From Alkalilimnicola ehrlichii MLHE-1 (lineage in GTDB: Bacteria > Pseudomonadota > Gammaproteobacteria > Nitrococcales > Halorhodospiraceae): a DNA stretch of 32,000 bases. The notes below the pieces were generated by a model that made no database searches, was not told where the DNA came from, and saw nothing but the letters and a program-made list of their open reading frames with translations. Both the position numbers and the translations under genes were made by a program. This document shows, piece by piece, positions 18,815 to 24,615 of this stretch (position 1 is the stretch's first letter; each line of letters begins with the position of its first letter). The DNA lies in contig NC_008340.1 of the NCBI RefSeq assembly GCF_000014785.1, positions 60,001-92,000 of the forward strand, in the 5' to 3' direction.

Positions 18815-18837
18815 ATGGTACCACCCGGTGGTATCAT
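18815..18837. promoter_or_regulatory. Near-perfect 23-bp palindrome in the speA/speE divergent intergenic region (candidate operator)
   Basis: ATGgTACCACC-c-GGTGGTAtCAT. The core TACCACC-n-GGTGGTA (18819-18833) is perfect. The palindromic CCATATGG (18811-18818) lies adjacent. Confidence 0.35.
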
Positions 18838-18871
18838 TGCCGCCCCCGGAAACAGCGCGCGGAGTGGCGTG

Positions 18872-19732
18872 ATGAGGCGTGACGACAACTGGTTCACCGA
18901 GGTCCTGGAGGAGGAGGGTATGGCCTTCTCCCTGCGGGTGCGTGAGAAGCTGCACGAGGAGCGCACCGCCTTCCAGCACATCGAGGTCTACGAGACCGAG
19001 GCCTGGGGCCGGCTGCTGGTGATCGACGGCTGCGTGATGCTCACCAGCCGCGACAACTTCGTCTACCACGAGATGATGAGCCACCCGGCGCTGTTCACCC
19101 ACCCGGACCCGCGCCGGGTGGCGATCATCGGCGGGGGTGACTGCGGCATGCTGCGCGAGGTGCTGAAGCACCCGGGCATCGAGTCGGTGGTGCAGGTGGA
19201 TATCGACGCCGGGGTCACCCGGGCCGCCGAGCGCTACTTCCCGGAGCTCACCGAGGCCAACGACGACCCGCGCGCCACCCTGCTGTTCGATGACGGTGTG
19301 GCCTGGATCCAGGACCAGCCGGCGGGCAGCCTGGACGTGGTCATTGTCGACAGCACCGACCCGGTGGGGGTGGCGGAGGGGCTCTTCGGCCCGGGCTTCC
19401 TGGGCCAGGTGTATCGGGTGCTGGGCGACCAGGGCCTGATGGTGCAGCAGAGCGAGTCGCCCATCCTGCACCGGGACACCATCCTCGAGCGCCTCCACGG
19501 CCACATGCGCGGCAGTGGCTTCGCGCCGGTGGTTACCCTGCCCTACCCGGTGGTCAGCTACCCGTCCGGCTGGTGGTCGGCGACCCTGGCCAGCAAGGGC
19601 CCGCATCCGGCGGCCTTCCGAGAGTCGGACGCGCGCGCCAAGGCCTTTGCCACCCTGTACTACAACGCCGATATCCACCGGGCGGCACTGGCGGCGCCGG
19701 AGTTCTGCAAAGGCCTGCTCACCGATCAGTAG
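18872..19732 (+). CDS. speE: Spermidine synthase (polyamine aminopropyltransferase)
   Basis: FQHIEVYETEAWGRLLVIDGCVMLTSRDNFVYHEMMSHP, IIGGGDCGMLREVLKH and VIVDSTDPVG are present. I prefer ATG 18872 because GGAG lies 8-11 nt upstream. Confidence 0.93.
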   Translation: MRRDDNWFTEVLEEEGMAFSLRVREKLHEERTAFQHIEVYETEAWGRLLVIDGCVMLTSRDNFVYHEMMSHPALFTHPDPRRVAIIGGGDCGMLREVLKHPGIESVVQVDIDAGVTRAAERYFPELTEANDDPRATLLFDDGVAWIQDQPAGSLDVVIVDSTDPVGVAEGLFGPGFLGQVYRVLGDQGLMVQQSESPILHRDTILERLHGHMRGSGFAPVVTLPYPVVSYPSGWWSATLASKGPHPAAFRESDARAKAFATLYYNADIHRAALAAPEFCKGLLTDQ

Positions 19733-19776
19733 GGGCCGGGCGACGGACCTGTGGTAACGCGACGTTGCTTGTCGCA

Positions 19777-19794
19777 CTATAACTCTTGTTATAG
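19777..19794. repeat. AT-rich inverted repeat CTATAAC-tctt-GTTATAG between speE and the GGDEF-EAL gene
   Basis: A perfect 7-bp inverted repeat lies in the only clearly AT-rich patch of this intergenic region. It could be an operator or part of a promoter. Confidence 0.25.
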
Positions 19795-19806
19795 TAAGAC
19801 CTCCCT

Positions 19807-22380
19807 TTGGCGACCGGTCCGACCCGATCCTCACCCGTGGACAGCCCCAATCCTGCATTCGATGATCTGCACCGGGTCCTGGAGGCTAGCCCCGCCGTCA
19901 CCTATGCCCTGACCCGTGACGGGCAGTCGTTGCGGCCGGTTTACATCAGCGCGCACATCGAGGAGTTGCTTGGCTACCCGGTGGCGGACTGGATGGCCGA
20001 CCCGCAGTTTTGGCGGCAATGCCTGCACCCGGACGATCGTGAGCGGGTGTTGGCCCAGTCGGCCCGCCACCTGCCCGAGGGGCTGGTGGACCACGAGTAC
20101 CGGGTCCGCCACCGCGACGGCAGCTATCGTTGGGTGCATGACCGCCTGCGGTTAATGCCGGCGCGGGACGGCCGGCCGGCGATGGCGGTGGGTGTCTGGC
20201 AGGACATTACCCACCGGGCGCGGGCCGATCGGCTGCTGCGCACGCTCTCCCACCTCACCGCCCGGGTCACCGGCGATGATTTCTTCCGAACCCTGGTGCG
20301 GCACCTGGCCGAGGCTTTGGACATGCGTTACGTCCTGCTCGGCGAGCTGCCCGGGCACCCGCCCACGCGGGTCCATACCCGGGCCCTGTACGCCGACGGC
20401 GCGATCCGGCCGAACGTGACCTACCCCCTGGCCGGAACACCCTGTGCCCGGGTGCTGTCCGATGAGCCCTGCCATTACGCCAACGATGTCTGCCGTGACT
20501 TCCCGGAGGACGAACTCCTCCGGGAGATGGCGGTGGAGAGCTATTTCGGCGTCCCCATCCGGCGGGCCGACGGCACCATCACCGGCCTGTTGGCGCTGAT
20601 GCACGACCAGCCGCGCGAGATCTCGGCCACCGAGCGGGCGGTGATCGCCCTCTTTGCCGCCCGTGCCGGTACCGAGCTGGCGCGCCACCAGGCGGAGGAA
20701 CAGCTCCAGTTGATCGACCAGGTCTTCGAGGGCAGTCGCGATGCCATCATCATCACCGACGCGCAGACGCGCATCCTGCAGGTGAACCCGGCCTTCGAGG
20801 CCATCAGCGGCTACCGCGAGGAGGAATTGGTGGGCCGCACGCCCCGCCTACTTCAGTCGGGCCACCAGGGGCCGCGCTTCTACCGTGAGATGTGGGAGGC
20901 GCTGAAGAGTCGGGGCCACTGGCAGGGGGAGCTGTGGAACCGGCGGGCGGATGGCGAAACCTACCCCAGCCTGTTATCGGTGAGCGCGGTGACCAACGAC
21001 AACGACGAGGTCACCCACTATATCGGGATCGCCAGCGACATCACCTCACACAAGGCGGCCGAGCAGCACATCGACTACCTGGCCCACTACGATACCCTTA
21101 CCGGCCTGGGTAACCGGCGCCTGCTGGAAGAGGAGCTGGAGCGCATGCTGCGCAATGCCCGCGGTGGCCGCCCCTTCGCCCTTTTTTTCCTGGACCTGGA
21201 CCGGTTCAAGAACATCAACGACACCCTGGGCCACGAGAGCGGCGACCGCCTGCTGGAGGAAGTGGCGGATCGGCTCCGCGACTTGGCCGGTCCGCAGGCG
21301 ACCCTCTGCCGCATCGGCGGTGATGAGTTCGCCATTCTGGCGCCCGGGCTGAGCCACCGTCAGACGGCCGGCATTGCCCGCCAGCTGGTGGAGGGGATCT
21401 CCCGGCCCTATGAGATCACCGAGCGCCCGCTGGTGGTCACCTGCAGCGTCGGGGTGGCGGTTCACCCGCGCGACGGCACCCGCCGTGAGGCCCTGATCAG
21501 CGCCGCGGACACCGCCCTGCACTACGTCAAGGCCCACGGCAGTAACCACTATCAGTTCCATGAGCCGGGCATGACTGCGGCCGCCGCTGAGCGCCTGCAC
21601 CTGGAGAACGACCTGCGTGAGGCGCTCCTGCGCGGGGAGTTCGAGCTCTACTACCAGCCGGTGCTCGACACCGAGCGCCTCACGGTCTGCGGCGCCGAGG
21701 CCCTGCTGCGCTGGCACCACCCGGAGGCCGGTCTGATCCCCCCCGACCGCTTCATCCCGCTCGCCGAGGAGACCGGTCTGATCCGCCCCATTGGGACTTG
21801 GGTGCTGCGCGAGGCCTGTGCCCAGGCGGCGCGCTGGCGCCGGCTGGGGCTGACCGGGATGACCGTCTCGGTGAATGTCTCCGGCGAGCAGTTCTGGCGC
21901 GACGAGCTGCCCCAGGCGGTGCGCCAGGCGTTGGAGGCGCAGGCCCTGGCGCCCGACGCCCTGGTGCTGGAGATCACCGAGAGCGTGCTGATGCACGGCA
22001 GCGCCAACACCGAGACCCGGCTGCGCGAACTCAAGGCCATGGGGGTGGGGCTGTCGCTGGACGATTTCGGCACCGGCTACTCCAGCCTCAGCTACCTGAA
22101 GCGCTTCCCCATCGACACGCTGAAGATCGACAAGTCCTTTGTCCGTGATATGGTCAGGGACGAGCATGACCGTACCCTGGCGCAGACGGTGATCGCCATG
22201 GGCCACGGTCTGGGCCTGCAGGTGGTTGCGGAGGGCGTGGAGAGTGCCGAACACCTCCCGCTGCTGCGTCGTGCCCGCTGCGATCGCGTGCAGGGCTACC
22301 ACTTCAGCCGGCCGCTACCGGCCCGGGCCTTGAGCCGGTGGATCCAGCAGCACCAGTGCAGCCGGTCACCGCAGGACTGA
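19807..22380 (+). CDS. PAS-GAF-PAS-GGDEF-EAL signalling protein (c-di-GMP turnover)
   Basis: PAS motifs are present (YISAHIEELLGYPVADW...YRVRHRDGSYRWV and ITDAQTRILQVNPAFEAISGYREEELVGRTP), with a GAF-like middle region. GGDEF is intact (RIGGDEFAIL). EAL is intact (AEALLRW, DDFGTGYSSLSYL, KIDKSFV, EGVE). The start is uncertain: TTG 19807 or GTG 19837, and neither has a good RBS. Confidence 0.92.
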   Translation: MATGPTRSSPVDSPNPAFDDLHRVLEASPAVTYALTRDGQSLRPVYISAHIEELLGYPVADWMADPQFWRQCLHPDDRERVLAQSARHLPEGLVDHEYRVRHRDGSYRWVHDRLRLMPARDGRPAMAVGVWQDITHRARADRLLRTLSHLTARVTGDDFFRTLVRHLAEALDMRYVLLGELPGHPPTRVHTRALYADGAIRPNVTYPLAGTPCARVLSDEPCHYANDVCRDFPEDELLREMAVESYFGVPIRRADGTITGLLALMHDQPREISATERAVIALFAARAGTELARHQAEEQLQLIDQVFEGSRDAIIITDAQTRILQVNPAFEAISGYREEELVGRTPRLLQSGHQGPRFYREMWEALKSRGHWQGELWNRRADGETYPSLLSVSAVTNDNDEVTHYIGIASDITSHKAAEQHIDYLAHYDTLTGLGNRRLLEEELERMLRNARGGRPFALFFLDLDRFKNINDTLGHESGDRLLEEVADRLRDLAGPQATLCRIGGDEFAILAPGLSHRQTAGIARQLVEGISRPYEITERPLVVTCSVGVAVHPRDGTRREALISAADTALHYVKAHGSNHYQFHEPGMTAAAAERLHLENDLREALLRGEFELYYQPVLDTERLTVCGAEALLRWHHPEAGLIPPDRFIPLAEETGLIRPIGTWVLREACAQAARWRRLGLTGMTVSVNVSGEQFWRDELPQAVRQALEAQALAPDALVLEITESVLMHGSANTETRLRELKAMGVGLSLDDFGTGYSSLSYLKRFPIDTLKIDKSFVRDMVRDEHDRTLAQTVIAMGHGLGLQVVAEGVESAEHLPLLRRARCDRVQGYHFSRPLPARALSRWIQQHQCSRSPQD

Positions 22381-22411
22381 TCCAGAGCGAGCGGAAAGGA
22401 AGGGCGCAATA

Positions 22412-22969
22412 ATGCATTGCAGCCAGTGTGGCCAGGAGAATCCCCGGGAGGCGCGTTTCTGCGTGAAGTGCGGCGCACCGCTGGACCCGGAGGAGTTGCG
22501 TATGGTGGCGCGGGAGACGGGGCGCTTCAGCGATATGCCCGTCGCCACGGCCGGTTACGGCGGCTTCTGGCGCCGGGTGCTGGCGGCCATCGTCGACGGC
22601 CTGCTGCTGGGCATCCCCCTGGCCGTGCTGCAGCACCTGTTCATGCCCGCGCCGACCGGCGACCCGGAGGCCATGGCCCGGGCCGAGCTGACCTGGTCGC
22701 TGGTGAATATCCTGGTCTGGTGGCTGTACGCCGCGGGGATGCACAGCTCGGTCTACCAGGCCACCGTGGGCAAGATGGTGCTCGGTATGTATGTGGTGGA
22801 TTACCAGGGCGGGCGCATCTCCTTCGCCCGCGCCACCGGCCGTTATCTCGCCGAGATCCTGTCGGCCATGCTGCTGCTGATCGGCTACCTCATGGTGGCC
22901 TTCACCCGCCGCAAGCAGGGCCTGCACGACTTCATTGCTGGCACCCTGGTGGTGCGCCGCGCCCGCTGA
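22412..22969 (+). CDS. RDD-family membrane protein with N-terminal zinc ribbon
   Basis: CSQCGQENPREARFCVKCGAPL is a CxxC...CxxC zinc ribbon. An RDD-type membrane domain follows (FWRRVLAAIVDGLLLGIPL...RKQGLHDFIAGTLVV). It starts 31 nt after the upstream stop. Confidence 0.85.
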   Translation: MHCSQCGQENPREARFCVKCGAPLDPEELRMVARETGRFSDMPVATAGYGGFWRRVLAAIVDGLLLGIPLAVLQHLFMPAPTGDPEAMARAELTWSLVNILVWWLYAAGMHSSVYQATVGKMVLGMYVVDYQGGRISFARATGRYLAEILSAMLLLIGYLMVAFTRRKQGLHDFIAGTLVVRRAR

Positions 22970-22976
22970 GCCCTCC

Positions 22977-22995
22977 GCTGAGCCCGGGGCTCAGC
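22977..22995. terminator. Hairpin between convergent genes (RDD gene and fetB), possibly a bidirectional terminator
   Basis: GCTGAGCC-cgg-GGCTCAGC forms an 8-bp stem. It overlaps the fetB stop codon. No clear U-tract is present. Confidence 0.3.
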
Positions 22996-23800
22996 CCCGC
23001 CCCGGCTTCAGCCGGTCCAGGCGCAGGCGCTCGCGCTCATCGAACAACCGCCGGGCGCCGAACCACACCGCCAGCAGGGTCCCGAACCCGGTGCCGACGG
23101 TGATCAGGAACATGATCAGGATCTGGTATTTCACCGCCTCCATGGGCGGCGCCCCGGCGAGGATCTGACCGGTCATCATCCCCGGCAGGCTGACGAGGCC
23201 GGCGGCGGCCATGGCATTGATCATCGGGATCATCCCTGAGCGCATGCTGTCGCGGCGGATCTCCTCGATCGCCGACCACCAGGGCTCGCCCAGCATCAGC
23301 CGCGCCTCGATCACCGGCCGCTGCTGCCAGGCGCTGTCGTTGAGCCGGTCCAGCGACAGGGCGATGCCAGTCATGGTGTTACCGAGGATCATGCCCAGGA
23401 TGGGGATGGCGTACTGCGGCTGCCAGATCGGGGTCGGCTGCACGATCACCGTCAGTGCCAGCAGCATGGTCACGAACGACGAGACGAACATGGCCGCGGT
23501 GCCCAGGCCGTATCCCCACCAGCCGGCCATGCGCCGCTTCTGCCTTGCCATCACCTCGCGCCCGGCCACCGCCAGCATGACCACGCTCATCAGCACCACC
23601 CAGTAGAGGGTGGCATGGGCGAACAGGGCCTGCAGCACCAGGCCTACCAGGGCCAGTTGCACCACCGTGCGCAGCGCGGCCACCAGCAGCGGTTTGGCCA
23701 CGCCCAGCCGGGTCCAGTGACTGAGTGCGGCCAGCAGCACCACCAGTACACCCGCGATGGCGAGGTCCCAGGGGGTGAGATGGATCAGCTCGCCGGTCAT
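22991..23800 (-). CDS. fetB: FetB/YbbM-family (UPF0014) ABC-type iron export permease
   Basis: A multi-TM protein. VAALRTVVQLALVGLVLQALF resembles the E. coli YbbM motif (RAIIQLIIVGYVL). The start overlaps the stop of the upstream ATPase gene by 4 nt. Confidence 0.82.
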   Translation of the reverse strand: MTGELIHLTPWDLAIAGVLVVLLAALSHWTRLGVAKPLLVAALRTVVQLALVGLVLQALFAHATLYWVVLMSVVMLAVAGREVMARQKRRMAGWWGYGLGTAAMFVSSFVTMLLALTVIVQPTPIWQPQYAIPILGMILGNTMTGIALSLDRLNDSAWQQRPVIEARLMLGEPWWSAIEEIRRDSMRSGMIPMINAMAAAGLVSLPGMMTGQILAGAPPMEAVKYQILIMFLITVGTGFGTLLAVWFGARRLFDERERLRLDRLKPGRG

Positions 23801-24447
23801 CGCACCTCCTCCAAGCGGCCGTGGCGCAGGGTGTAACCCCGGTCGGCCACCCGGGCGCGTTGCGCCGGGTCGTGGCTGACCCAGAGCAGCCCGCGGCCGG
23901 CACGGCGCTGGTCGGCCAGGTAGCGTTCCACCCGTTCGGTGTTCCGGGTGTCCAGGTTGGCGGTGGGCTCGTCCAGTAACAGCACCCAGGGCGGCGGGGG
24001 TGCGCCGTCCAGCGGCGCCGGCGTCCCCGCCACGCCGCGGGGGTGTAGCAGCCGCACCAGGGCCAGTCGCTGCTTCTCACCGGTGGACAGGCGCTGGACC
24101 TGCCAGTCCAGCACCTCCGGCTCGAAGCCCAGTGCGGCCAGGTCCGCGGCGGGGACCTCCGCGGCCAGGTGTTCGCCCACGGTCTCCAGCCACCAGGGGG
24201 CCTCCGCCGGCAGCAGGGCTACGTGCCGGCGCCAGTCGTGGCCGGCGTAGTGGTCACGGGGGCGGCCGGCAAGGGAGACCGCGCCCCGGTGCGGGTCGAG
24301 GTCAGCCAGGGCCCGAAGCAGGCGGGTCTTGCCGCTGCCGGATGGGCCCCAGAGCGCCACGCACTCGCCGCCGTCGAGGCGCAGGTCCAAGGGAGCGAGG
24401 AGACCGAAATCCAGGGCCTCGGCGTGCAGCAGCGGGGAGGGTGTCAT
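23797..24447 (-). CDS. fetA: FetA/YbbL-family ABC transporter ATP-binding protein
   Basis: Walker A is GPSGSGKTRLLRAL, the signature is LSTGEKQRLAL, Walker B is VLLLDEPT, and the H-loop is LWVSHD. It is translationally coupled to fetB. Confidence 0.85.
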   Translation of the reverse strand: MTPSPLLHAEALDFGLLAPLDLRLDGGECVALWGPSGSGKTRLLRALADLDPHRGAVSLAGRPRDHYAGHDWRRHVALLPAEAPWWLETVGEHLAAEVPAADLAALGFEPEVLDWQVQRLSTGEKQRLALVRLLHPRGVAGTPAPLDGAPPPPWVLLLDEPTANLDTRNTERVERYLADQRRAGRGLLWVSHDPAQRARVADRGYTLRHGRLEEVR

Positions 24448-24615
24448 CGTCGGCGGCGGCCTATCGGGTTTTCGTTACTGGAACTACCCGGCACTATACA
24501 GGGTACGGTGTGGCGATGGTCCCGCCGTCGGTGTGATCCACCTTTCGCGAGGTCGGCGCGACGCCGTTTGTGGTCTATGGCAGGCGGAATCCACCTGCCG
24601 GCTTGGGGGAGCGTT

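Noticed and set aside
17724-19858. Long ORFs antisense to speA (17724..18872 +) and speE (18749..19858 -)
   Set aside because: These are shadow frames of two well-recognised polyamine genes. They also run through the intergenic promoter region.
21046-22302. 418-aa minus ORF opposite the GGDEF-EAL region. Similar large antisense ORFs lie at 24925..25902, 26530..27192, 27762..28745, 10242..10838, 11931..13274 and 15815..16465.
   Set aside because: All lie fully inside better-supported genes on the other strand and have antisense-type composition.
24536-24596. 8-bp direct repeat ATCCACCT (24536 and 24589) in the fetA/SARP divergent region as SARP binding sites
   Set aside because: The 53-bp spacing does not match 11-bp phasing. 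An 8-mer repeat can easily arise by chance in GC-rich DNA. The second copy lies inside a possible coding start region.
24169-24615. Upstream 136-149 codons of the tracked 1050-aa ORF
   Set aside because: This part overlaps the fetA coding region on the opposite strand. The recognisable SARP N-terminus begins at VRLELRTLG, with a good RBS before GTG 24616.
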